From: Callorhinchus milii
Taxonomy: Eukaryota
DNA: 64,000 bases
Direction of reading: 5' to 3'
Assembly (NCBI RefSeq): GCF_018977255.1
Contig: NW_024704742.1
Location: forward strand, 132,558,001 to 132,622,000
Part shown: piece after piece, positions 1-12,206 of the stretch
Layout: the number at the start of each line of letters is the position of its first letter
Position numbering within the stretch: position 1 is the first letter of the stretch
Notes under the pieces: model-generated
What the model saw: only the letters and a program-made list of their open reading frames with translations
What the model was told of the DNA's origin: nothing
Database searches by the model: none
Made by a program: the position numbers and the translations under genes

Positions 1-1116
1 TTCTCAGCGTGTAGGCTTCAGAGTGCAGATGGGCAGCTCTTTATGGCTTTATGGCGCTGTCAGTGCTTGTCCCGAGCAATAAATATATTCTGAAATTTAT
101 AGGTCCATGTAAATTAGACCCAAATTAATTCAGACATTGATGGCAGGTTCAGAACTTTCAAAGTACCTTCTATCTTATTCTTGACTACTCTTTACAGCTG
201 TTCAGCTTGGAAAATAGGATTTAAAGATTCTGCTCTGTTACATAATAGTGCAGTAGCTTTTTGACTCCTGTGAGCAGAATGTTAACTAACTTGGTTTGTG
301 GCATTATACTTTTAATGGTACCTTCCGTGTCTGTTATGAATATCTATTTTCCTCTTGTGATACTGACAAGTTCCTGGGAACTGTTCAAGGTTACAAATAA
401 ATGAAATAGTGTAATTTTTATAGCCTTCTCTATGTAGATTGAAGAAGTAACATTATTAGGGTTTTTTTTTCATTTCATTTAACATTGTTAGGGGATTTTT
501 ATTGTTTCGCCGACAAATATATAGTCAACACTTTATAGTATATTCTGTGAAGCGCTTTGAGAGGTCTAGAAGATGTGAAAAGAGCTATATCAAATGCAAG
601 GAATATTATTATTATTTTAAAGACCGAGCATGTGGGAGGGACAGGTTGCTCAGAGACTCGGGAGAGGGGACTGTCCAGAGTGATGGACAAATGTTGCAAA
701 CGGAAGAGCCAGGCAGGAATCTATATTCAGAAACAGAGGTGTGAATACATTTAAGGGGAACTCCAAAGATAGAGACAGCATGAGGTAGTTTCGCAAAGGT
801 AGAGGGTGGACAAAATGAATTGTGGAGGTATCAACAGAATTAAAATAATTTGTTCCTTCATGTCCACTTTATTATTAATAATCCTCAACAATTGTCAGCA
901 ACTCTGCTGGAATAGTGGATGAATTATTAAAGTGAACAGTACATTTTCACACCTCTTCTACACAAAAATCTTTATCTACAAAGAGTAATATGCCATGACA
1001 AAGATTATGCATCTGTAAGCTTGTGATAGATTTAGTTATTCATCAGTATATCTCTGCCATTTTTGAGAGGGAGAGTACTTTTATGAGAAAGATACAGAAA
1101 GAATAGAGAAGCAGAA

Positions 1117-1434
1117 AATAATAATAATTATAATCCTTGCATTTGATATAGCGCTTTTCACGTCGGGAGGACGTCCCAAAGCGCTTCACAGAACACACTG
1201 TAAAGTGAATTAACTGTATATTTGTGGGCGAACGCAGCAGCCAATTGCGCACAGCAATGTCCCACAAACAGTCGTAGATTGAAAATGACCAATTTATTAT
1301 TGTTTTTGGTTTTGGAGGGATTATTATTAGGCTCTGTGTGGAGTAAGGAAACTTGCCCAAGGTTTCGCCCTGCCTGGAATTGAACTCAGGTCTCTCACTT
1401 GCAAAGCGAGTGCTCTAACCACTGAGCTACAGGA
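1117..1434 (-). mobile_element. tRNA-derived CORE-type SINE, young internally deleted subfamily
   Basis: A/B-box head (gtagctcagtggttagagc...gagttcaattcc), CORE-like ccttgggcaagtttccttactcc, L2-like tail ending (TTA)n. Confidence 0.9.
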
Positions 1435-4400
1435 AAAGTTATAGAAGTCTCAAATGATACCCATTAATTTCTAGTTCCATGTTCTATGTTTTTAGACAGA
1501 TATGACAGCACTAAGATAAAGGAGGCTGTTACTCTTGATTTTTTTTTTGGTCTACCGTGTGTCTGACGCATCCGGAAACCGAGCTCCATGCATCCCACTT
1601 ACACATGGAAATTTCAGAGATATTTATTGGAATGGAATGTGCACTTTCTCTTAGGAGGGACGCATCCTGCTTACCTAATTCAAGAGTGTTAGGTGCAGGT
1701 TGACAAGAGGCAAGGCATAAGGACCCAGAGTGTGTGTTGATGTGACTGCTGGATTCTAACCAGCTAAAACCCGGTTGGTTAGCTTGCCTTTGCAAGCACT
1801 GTCTGGCAAGCAGTCCTGCTGTTTGTCCATCTAGCTTCACTCTACCTATTGGGGCTTTGACTTGCAGGGGAAACAGGAGCTGAATGAGAAGAATCCCTGC
1901 CCCCTCTGATTATTTTAGTATCATATTCCATAAAGGTAGTAGGTAGCTGACAAAGGAAAGCCAAATGCTGTATGTAATTATTGTCCTCTTCCAGCTTTCC
2001 CAGTTTCAGTATATAATAAAACATATCCAATTTGATATAGTGCTTTTCAACAACAACTTGCATCCTCCGGGTGGGAAAGAAATCTGGGATGCTACCCTAT
2101 GTGAAGGGCGCTGCGCCTTTCGTGCAAGTAACATCTCGGAGCGCTTTCCCACCAGGAGGACATCCTAAAGCACTTCACAGGATTTTACTCTAAGTGGAGT
2201 AATTGTATTTGTAGGTAAATGTGGCAGCTCAATTACACACAGGAGTGTCCCACAAACAGACAATGAAATGAATGACCAATTTTATTTTGGGAATTGTTGT
2301 CCAGGGCCATGGTGACCTACAATGTCCACCTGAGTAGGCAGACGGGACTTTGGTTTAACATCTCATCTGAAGGTCACCACCTCAACAATGCACATTCAAG
2401 TTTACTGGTTGACTTAAGTGAGAATCCAATTGCGACTAGTCGTATTGTGGCTATAAAAACAGTGAGGAAATCAAGTATGTGTGTGTGCATGCATGTGGTT
2501 TTCTCTTTCACTGCCTCTCTGTGTGGTTGTGTGTGTCTTGTCTAATTCTGCACTTGCCTGAATCAGATCTCTCGCCACCCCTTGCTGCCTGATTACAGTC
2601 TGCTTGAGTAAATCACTTACCTGATCAGTTCACATGCAACTAAAACATTTTTGCCAACATGCCAGCCAGAGTTTGCATAAGCATACATGTATGGAGTCCA
2701 TGTTTAGTTACGTGTTGTTCTATTGTAGTCACTTTTCCCAGCATCAGGTTAAAGTAGCAGCATTGCAATATTAGCCCTTGTATTTTGCACATATTTATCG
2801 CCTTTTTTGTATGTAGTGAAATGTTTGATAAGGCGTGTTGCTGTTGAAGCTGGAAAATTATGTATTGTTCTGATTCTACCTATGATAGGTGGGAAGAAGT
2901 TGTCATTATCTGAGGGTACTACTGTACCTCTTCCACTGATAATAGATTAAATTTAATATGTAATCACAATTAGGCAGTGTTTTCAAACAGTGAAGGCTTT
3001 ATTTTGGTCAGCTGGGTGTCTTGACGGATGCCAAAACCCATCACCATGCTTAATGTTGATGGGTTTCCCATTGTGTAAGACAACCAGCTGTGAGCCATAT
3101 GCTAAAAGTCCTGTGGTGTTAGCATTTTATTTTTAGTTGGAACCTTCCAAAGTTTATTTTCTATTTGAGATCAGGATCGTTAATTAGCCATTATTTCCTT
3201 TAAAAATCCTGGCAGTAATTAGTGATTTACTTTCACCTTTGAAAGTATTAACTAGCAGTTGTGTTAATGATCTCCTGGTGAGAGTGGGAAGGCTGAGGCG
3301 GTTTTCGTGTTTCTCCATCAGAGCCAGTATTCCTTATCATTCTGACTTTGTATAATCAGGGTCATTATTAGGTGTTGGGTTGTGCTGGAGAAGGTAACTG
3401 AGGAGGACAATAATTGGGTTATATTTCTCTACCGCAAACTATAATAATAGCCAGCTCCACTACCCATAGCAATGAGACATGTAAACATTGAAAAATCAAT
3501 GTGTAGATTTTTCCATTTTACTTTTTCATTAGATCTTTGGTGTACAATATTTTGACGTAACACTGGTTGTAGTTTGGGGTTTATTTAGTAATAGTAATAA
3601 TAATAATAATAATAATCCCTCCAAAACAAAACAAAAATAAATTGGTCATTTCCAATCCATGACTGTTTGTGAGACACTGCTGTGCGCAATTGGCTGCCGC
3701 GTTCCAGAGCAGGGAGCGGACAGGTCTGCATGAAATTAGCAGGTCACAGAGGTAATATATAGCAATATATCAACCCTAAATGGTTATCTATAACAACAAC
3801 AAAATTGCATTTATATAGTGCCTTTCATGTCAGAAGCATGTCCTAAGGCGCTGGGACTATGCCTTGAAGAGCAATGAAGGATTGTTTTTCTACAGATATT
3901 ATTTGACAGTAAATCTTCAATAAATTAATCGCTGATTTGATTTGTTTTGTAACATATTTGAATAAAGAAATGTCTATGTCCTAATGTGTTACACGTAGAA
4001 GAACAGATATCCAGCATTGTGATACATTACTGCAACAAAGCCTGAGTGTTCAATAAAATGATCCAGCTGCATCACTACCTGTAAAGACTTGCTTTGCTGT
4101 GTAAAGGCTTTAAAAACTGTACAAAGTGTTTGGAGATGTCCTCCATACATGTCAGGTGCTATATAAATGTAAATCATATTGTACTTAATGTATAGGCTCC
4201 CTGTTGCGGAACAAATCAAGTTCAAGATTCTCACTCAGCTACAAATCACTCAATGCCCAGCACCTCCTTACCTCTCCAACTTGCTCACACCCCACTCCTC
4301 TTTCCAGACCCTTCGCTCAGCCGGCTGTGGCATTATGACTGTCCCTTGTTTCTGCTTTCCAACCCACTCCAACTACCATGGATTCAGCCACTACCCCTTA

Positions 4401-6917
4401 AAACTCTGGAAATCCCTGCTTCAGCGTCTCCATCTTTGCCCATCTTCAGATCTCACCTGAAGATCTTCCTCTTCAACCAAGGCCGCCATGCCTGCAGTCA
4501 CCTTCTTTTTCTCCCTAGGACGGCATCAAACTCTGCCACTGCTAAGCCCTCTGAGATGCTACTTTCTGTGAACTGTGCTATATAAGTGCAACTTGTTGCT
4601 TTTTACATTGAATGTAGTGAAACTAAAGGAGAATAGAGAAAGAGTTCAATAAAGGGTTAGAGTCAGATACGTTCCAAGTATCACTACCAACAAGTTACAC
4701 TTATAATGCACTTTTCATGTCGAGAGGACGTCTTCACACAACTGATTGGGAGCCTGAGCTGGGGGAGGGGAGGAGAGATGAGCGGCTCAGCAGTCCAGAG
4801 GGAGGAGGGAGTGGTTGGTGAAAGAGGGTGATGTTGCATAGATTAAGGAAGTTCAAACGAGTGAGAGCCCGGATGTCGGTTGAACGATTATCAGGGGTAG
4901 AGCAAGAGAGCAAGACACTCCATGCGCCTGAGATGAGTAATCACTGGGAGTAAGTAGGAGAATCTTGACCTTTTTGGCATTTAGGTGTAGAAAGTTAGAA
5001 CTCATCCTGGACTTGATGCCTGACAATCAGTCAGAACCGCCAGAATGGTCCTGGAATTGAGGGTATAGGCAGAGATATTGAGTAAATGGCATCTGCATTT
5101 ACATAGAAGTGGACCCATGCCTATGGATGATGTCACCAAGAGGGAGCATATAGATAGTGAAAAGGAGAGGTTAGATGAGGGAAAGGGAGAGAGGAGAAAG
5201 CAAAGCATAAGAAAGTAAACGAGCACGAGGAGGAGGACAGTAATTGAGTTGACAGTAATCTAAAGCAAAATACAATTATAGCTAACTTACCTACCCATGA
5301 GCAATGAGAAGAGTAAACACTGGAAAATCAATATGCTTTTTATAACTTTATCATGATGCCTCTATACATCAAAATAGAAAGTTTATGACCTAATATTTCC
5401 TCACTTTGAGAACGTCATAGCTGGGAATTTCATATGAGAGCAAGGGAAAATATGAGAGGAATATTGATATTTACAGTGCCTCACTGAAAAATACCTGTGT
5501 GTTATAGCGTAGATTAGATATACTAAATATAATACAAACAGTGATCTCTGATTACAAGTCTCCACTATGCTGCAACACTAATTAAAATAGCCTTAAAATA
5601 TGAAACTCCTCTGTAATCTGTATTATGGCAGATATGCCAGGCTCCATTGGCTCCCTATCACCAAATGGATTGATTTCAAGATCCTCACACTAGTCTTCAG
5701 ATCCCTTCATGGCCTGGCATCGCCCTACCTCCGCATTGCTCCCTCCGTGCCCAACTTCAAGTTGCGCTTGAAGACCTTCCTCTTTGACCGTGGTTACCTC
5801 CACCCAGCTTGGCATCGTGCTCCGCTACTGTAAAGCGCTCTGGGACGCTGCCCCGTCTGAGGGGAGCTACATAAATACAAGTTGTTGTTGTTGATGTGCT
5901 TTACATTCCTGGTTTGATATTTAGCACAATTAGAATTTTAAGGCGATGTAAACTACACTATCAACTTTGTGGTGTTCCTGATACAGATTTATCTAGACTT
6001 ATTTGTCAAGCGTAAGGCATCTTTTTATGACTCATAGTTTAAAAATTAGCCCACAAAATACATAGACAAAACCACATACTGTGAAGTGCTCTGCAACATC
6101 TTGACGACATGATAAGGCGCTGTATCAAATGCAAGGATTATTATTAACATAGAAAATAAATGGTATCTCAGCAGTATAAAAGTGCTTCACACATAATTTC
6201 TGCCAAGTGCAAGTGACTGATTTGGTAGGCAGATGCAGAAGCTAGCAAGGTCCCATCCTTGAGTTGAATGATCAAGAATTTGGAGGATTATTGGCCAGGA
6301 CACTAGAAAGATCTCTCTTTTTTTGAATAGGCGGCATCTTTATTGTCCATTTGAAAAAGGGTAAATAGAACCTCAGTTTAATATCTCATCTGAAAGATGG
6401 CACCTCCAACAATTTAGAGGCAGCATTTGCCAGTTACTACAGTAAACTAAAACCCCAACATAAAGCCCTCTGATGTGACAGTTTAGGACGCTACCAACAA
6501 AGCAAAGTTGAAACACATGATGTTTAGGTCACTCATAGAAGAAATGTTCATGCTTCAGTAACATCAGTGACTAGACTCAGTTAGTGAAGGGCTGCACTCA
6601 CAGAAAAGGAATTAAAATCAGCTTTCTTTATCAATGCTGTTTAGCTGACATTCACATTCCAGGACTGGCCAAAGGAAAGCTGATCCTGGATTGATCCTGG
6701 ATTGATCGCCACAGTCCAATCCTCATACACTATTCAAAACATGTCCCCAAATACAATTGGTCATTCAATTCATGACTATTAATGGGACATTGCTGTGCAC
6801 AAATGGGAAATACAAACAAAATACACAGTCACCACACTGCAGTAAATCAAGGAAAATGCTTTAAGACATCCTTTTCATGTGACAGGTGCTGTATCAAATG
6901 CAAGGATTGTTATGATA

Positions 6918-7280
6918 TAATAATAATCCTTGCATTTGTTATAGCGCTTTTCACATCTTCTAGACGTCTCAAAACGCTTCACAGGATATACTGTAAAGTG
7001 AATTGACTGTATATTTGTGAGCAAAACGCGGCAGACAATTGCACACAGCAGTGTCCCACAAACAGTCGTGGATTGAAGTGACCAAATTATTTTTTTTTTT
7101 AAGAATTATTATCCCTGGGAAAGCGATCTGCCAATCGACTAACAACCAGATTCCTACTTGCTGCTAGGTAAACAGGCGTGTGGAGTAAGGAAACTTGCCC
7201 AACATTTTGCCCTGCCGGGAATCAAACCCAGGTCTATCGCTTGCGAGGCGAATGCTCTAACCATTGAGCTACAGGACTCC
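6918..7280 (-). mobile_element. tRNA-derived CORE-type SINE, full-length form
   Basis: Head ggagtcctgtagctcaatggttagagc, complete central segment, caaatgcaaggattatt tail. Confidence 0.9.
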
Positions 7281-7434
7281 ACGAATATACTGTATCATTT
7301 CAGCACCTTGGGATGTCCTCCCGACGTGAAAGGCGCTATACAAATCTAGTCTTGTATTATTATTAGATGAGCACAGGTGTTCACTAGCTAAGTGTGAGGC
7401 TGGAATGAATCTTTTTCTTCTTTGAAACATCATA

Positions 7435-7585
7435 GATTTTTAAAAACTAAAGGGATTAAAGGATATGGGGATAGGGTGGATAATTGGAATTAGGTTAGAA
7501 GATCAGCCATGATCTTATTAAATGGTGGGACAGGCTCGAGGGGCCAAATAGCCTACTCCTGCTCCTATTTCTTATGTTCTTATGT
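7435..7585 (+). mobile_element. CR1-type LINE 3' end
   Basis: gatcagccatgatcttattaaatggtgggacaggctcgaggggccaaatagcctactcctgctcctatttcttatgttcttatg, the chondrichthyan CR1/HER1-type tail. Confidence 0.75.
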
Positions 7586-8696
7586 CATCTGTTCTTGTTA
7601 CCTAATCCAGCTAAATCATGATCATTCACAACTGGATATAGATATGTGAGCCAGAGCAAGATTCCTCTTTCCCAGAGCACAAAGCAGTAATGATGTGTTG
7701 TTTGGAGTTGATTAGGTATTTAGATATTTGACTTTTACCTAAACGAGCCACGGCAGATACATGATTGTAGAATTCTTCAATTGACTTGTCATGCCAGTTA
7801 TCTCATCACTTGATCCATGTTAATTCAGTCCAACTAAGTATCTCCTCCGAGTAAGCTTACTGTGCTATCATAAGGATTCATAGTTTTTATTCCAAAATAT
7901 CGATCCAGTTTATGGTCAGAAAAAGGATGTCAAACTTGCTCAGAATTATGTACCAGGTTTCAACTTTGAAAGAAATTACTGCTTTTCAGTCATGTAATTG
8001 TGATTATTTAATCCTGTGTTGCGAAGACTCTCTCTCATTTAATCCCTTTTGATGTATTTCTGAAGTGCTGTTCGACTTTTTTGTAACACGAAAGGCTATA
8101 TAAATGCAAATTGTTGCAAATATCCAATGTTATGATTCGAAATGTTGTGAAGTGTTAATGTTTTATTTCCTCAAAATATCATAATCCACCTTTGTGGATC
8201 CTTGCCTCAAGAATCATTCTATAAATAGAAGCTGAAATTCCTCGCAATAGGAAACAATTAATAGCTGGGGAAAGGGCATCAAAGCAGATAATGAGCACAA
8301 GACCTACAAGGGAAAGATCATGACAAAGCCTTAATAAGAGGCAGAGAGGCGGAAAGATCCTGGGGATCACGACCCAGCAAATGAGCGACAGAACTACAAA
8401 TTACCCTTGTTAGAGAGTAGTAATTAGCAGAGCGTTCGAGGAGGGTAGAACTGCTTAGGTTTGGGTAATCTGTGCACTGTCAATTTCTTGAGAGTAAGTA
8501 TGTTGGTAAAATAATTAAAAAGGAAAACAATTTTGAACATGTGTTTTCACTCCACTTAAAACGGTTTCATTACAGTAATTGATATATGTGTGTGACACTG
8601 AGGCTATTATTCCCTCCGCATTCTTTGTGAACAGAGAGGGAATAATAATCCATACTCTAAAGGTCATTTGGCAGCTTGCTCCAAGGTGATGTAATG

Positions 8697-9201
8697 CAGA
8701 ACATCCAGAATTTTGTAGCTCGTGTCCTCTCCTGCACCAGGCTCTGTGATCCTATCACCCCCACCCTTGCCCGGCTCCACTGGCTCCCAATCCTGCACAG
8801 GATAGAGTTCAAAATCCTCACCTTCAAGGCCCTCCAAAGCCTTGCTTCTGGGTCCTGCTAAGCCTTTTTCAGTCTGCCACTCAGCAGGCTCCACCCTGCT
8901 CCACATCCCCAACCTGGGCCATCTCACCATTGGTTGTCGGGCCTTCAGGCTCTCTGCCCTCACTGTTTGGAACTCTATCCCAAATTCCCTTCTTCGCCTT
9001 GATCCCTCCCTTGCCTCCTTGAAGGCACATCTCAAGACCCTCCTCATCAACCGTGCCTTCGGACACTCTCCTACCCCTACCCTCCCTTGCTCTCCAGCCC
9101 TCCTGATCCCAACCCCCTGCTCGGGTCCAATCCCTGACTGTCCAGCGCCTTGGGTCGTCCTACCGACGTGAAAGGCGCTATACAAATGTAATTTGTTGTT
9201 G
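8697..9201 (+). mobile_element. L2 3' fragment
   Basis: QNIQNFVARVL...LHWLPILHRIEFKIL and L2 tail. Confidence 0.85.
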
Positions 9202-12001
9202 TTCTGAGCCAATGTTCCAGGACATTGCTGATGATAGACCAGCCAGCCTGGCTTATTGTCAGGACTTGGAGGGGTAGACTAGCCTTGGGAGCAGGGATTT
9301 CTCCCCCTCAGATCCTGATAACTGAATAAATAGGCAGGTGCAAGGGCAAGCTGGACAAGTACCAGGAAGCCTTCCAAACAGTGCTCTCAATAGGAATCCA
9401 TGTGGTTTTATCTGGTTAAACTCTAAGTTACCCCCAGCATATACTCTGGGCTGCCGACCTGGAACCCCAGAACCAAGCTTCTGGGACGCTACCCTGCTTG
9501 AGGGGCACAATATCAATACAAGCTGTTGTTCTTGAAGGTGTTGTTCCCTAGACTTGGCTCTTGCCTAATACTCTCAGCAAATAGGTACATTCTATTCCAG
9601 ATACAGGAACATTTCCATATGTAGTTAGCATCTTTCTCAATCTGGTTTGCATACTCTTAAGCATAGTGGTGGGTTTCTGTATGTGTTAGACACCTGCTGA
9701 CCAAAAAGGTACAGGGTGCCACATCCGCCCACAAATACAAAGTCACTTCCCTTTATGGTAATGTCCTAAGAAGCACTTTGAGGTGTTTTGGTAGATTCCC
9801 TAAGTGATAAGAAAAATGCAAATTATTATTTCATACACTATATGAAAGATATAGGTTGAAATAAATAATTTAGAAGCAGTTTCTTTTAAGAATTATATTT
9901 TATAATAAGATTCATTTTATAATAAGAAGTTTGAGATTGAAAAATCTCAGAGCACTTGACAGATAATTGCTGTGAAATGAAGATGTATTTTGTAGGCAAA
10001 CGCAACAACCAATTTGTATACAGTCAGTGATGCCCCACAAACAGCCATGAAGTTAATGAGCAATTTATCCTGAGAATCGTTAGTCAGCATACCTGCAGAA
10101 ATTCCCTTCCCTTTATGAATTCAGCATCTAATCTGAAGTACGGCACCTCCGACACTGTAGCGCTCCCCCAGTGCTGTGCTGGAGTGTCAGCCTAGACTCT
10201 GAGCTGAAAACCCTCACCATGGGGCTTCAACCCACACCCTCTGACTCAAATGCAAGAGTACTACCAACCGAGCTAGTAAATATGATTCAAGACGTTTCTA
10301 AAAGTTGGTTAGAAAAACTGAACAATAAGCAAACACACTGCAGGCTTTATAAATCAATTCACATAACGGAATGCCTGTTGAACATATATCACTTATTGTG
10401 TGGCCAGCACTAGGTAAATTATGCTAGATTGTTGCTGATATATCTGTAATGAGATTATGATTAAATTCAGTCTCAGTCTATTTTATCCTATATTTCACAT
10501 TACGTCATTACCTGAAATGCTTCAAAACTGTTTTATATGTTGATTTCTCTCTGCAGTTGCCTTTGATAAAGATTTTTAAAGAAACTTTAAAAAGTACAAT
10601 TTTTATATTCCAATTGCCTCATGAATTTTAAAAATTATTTTATATAAATGTCTTCAGTCAAGTAAACTGCCCTTTTTATTGCAGAAATATATCACCGTTC
10701 TCTACGCTCTCTGAAGCAATTAGCTGGCAGCATTATTCACAGGACATTTCACACACAAAAAACAGAATGCCTCTGAAATCATTCTGTTAAACTGACTGCA
10801 GTGAGAATCTGACAATGCAATGTATTGAGTTTGCGATGATATGTTGAGACTGGAAAATATCAGTAGGGAGTGGGGGATGCGGGGAGGAAGCTTATGAATT
10901 AGGCTGCCTTTGATTTATTACTATCTACTCAATGTCTCTTGGCCTGAAACATTTCTGCAGTGCATTGCAAGATTCTATATTGTCAGTAAAAGGAGACTAA
11001 AATGGTTTCTGAAACAAATAATTTAATTAAATGTCGTTAATTTTGGGGTTATTGTGAGTGGTTTTCAACACTCGCTGATTGTCATTCAAATCAGTTGCTT
11101 GAAGCAGTCTCCAAAGCTGGAAGGAATCACTGAGCCCAGCAGTGTATAAGCATTTGGCAATGACCCAAACTGAGTGTTTGATGTAGAAAGGCTGACCAGG
11201 AAACGACCAGTGGTCTCGACAATGTTTTAGCTTCTTACAACAGTGATTGATTCATTCAAATACACGTTTTGCCATAACAGTTTTTCAGTACGATACATTT
11301 TCAAAGTGTCATATCATATTGTGTTGCAAGGCAGCAAATGCTAGCTGACGAATCAATGTGCTTCATTGAACCTGTGCAAAGAAAATAACAATGTGTGCAA
11401 ACTATTCTATTTCATTAGTAAGTAAGCATGGTGAGCTAGAGGATGAGTACACAGGATGCAGGCAGATTCAATCCCTGCAAAAATGCTGTTTAAGCGCTCT
11501 GAGACGCTGTCCTGTGTGAACATGCTGTACAAGTGCATGTTGTTGTTGCTTGTTTCAGTCACACTGATGTCAGAGAACTATTAGGAGTTCAGTAAAAAAG
11601 CACATTCCTTCAAAACAGGTGGTAGGAAAATAGGAGGGAACGTGATCTCTGAATTTGTAGTGATTGGTGACTGATCTTCACACTTGGATTGTGTGTTTGA
11701 ATCTCATTGAGTTCACTCTCTCTTGTGCATGTTATTGAGCATCTTGTAATAGCTGAAGCCTGGGAACAGTCATTCCATCCACCTTCCCTCATGTTATTAT
11801 TGATTGAAAATTAACAGAATGTACAGTCATTCACTTTACAGTATATTCTAAAACGCTTTCAGATATCTGAATGACGTTATAATGCACTATATCAAATGCA
11901 AGGATTATTATTATTATAAAATATGTAGAACCTTTTTTTCCCACCAGCAGTGCAGCCAAACTCTGTATTGATCTCAACATATATCTCCCTTTCCTTTAAA
12001 G

Positions 12002-12103
12002 GCAAAAAAAGGACAAGAGGTAAAACGAGGACCTGACGTGGAAATAGCCAAGCTGAACAAGTTATTGAACCTGGTTAGAGACCCTGACATAAAACCTAAG
12101 TGA
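12002..12103 (+). CDS. DNAI1: Last coding exon of dynein axonemal intermediate chain 1 (partial gene; upstream exons lie left of the window)
   Basis: Pyrimidine tract and acceptor (ctccctttcctttaaag|) followed in phase 0 by [33 protein letters not shown]. This closely matches the recalled human DNAI1 C-terminus ([32 protein letters not shown]). It lies tail-to-tail with ENHO, as in human. Confidence 0.92.
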   Translation, partial: AKKGQEVKRGPDVEIAKLNKLLNLVRDPDIKPK

Positions 12104-12200
12104 TCACCACTATCTGTGAGGACCTTTTAACACACATTGAGGCAACACTGTAGCTTTAATTGCTATCATTTTGAATGATAAAAGCATAGAACCTGTCACT

Positions 12201-12206
12201 AATAAA
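12201..12206 (+). terminator. Putative DNAI1 polyadenylation signal (AATAAA)
   Basis: AATAAA about 100 nt after the DNAI1 stop, followed by T/GT-rich sequence. Confidence 0.6.
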
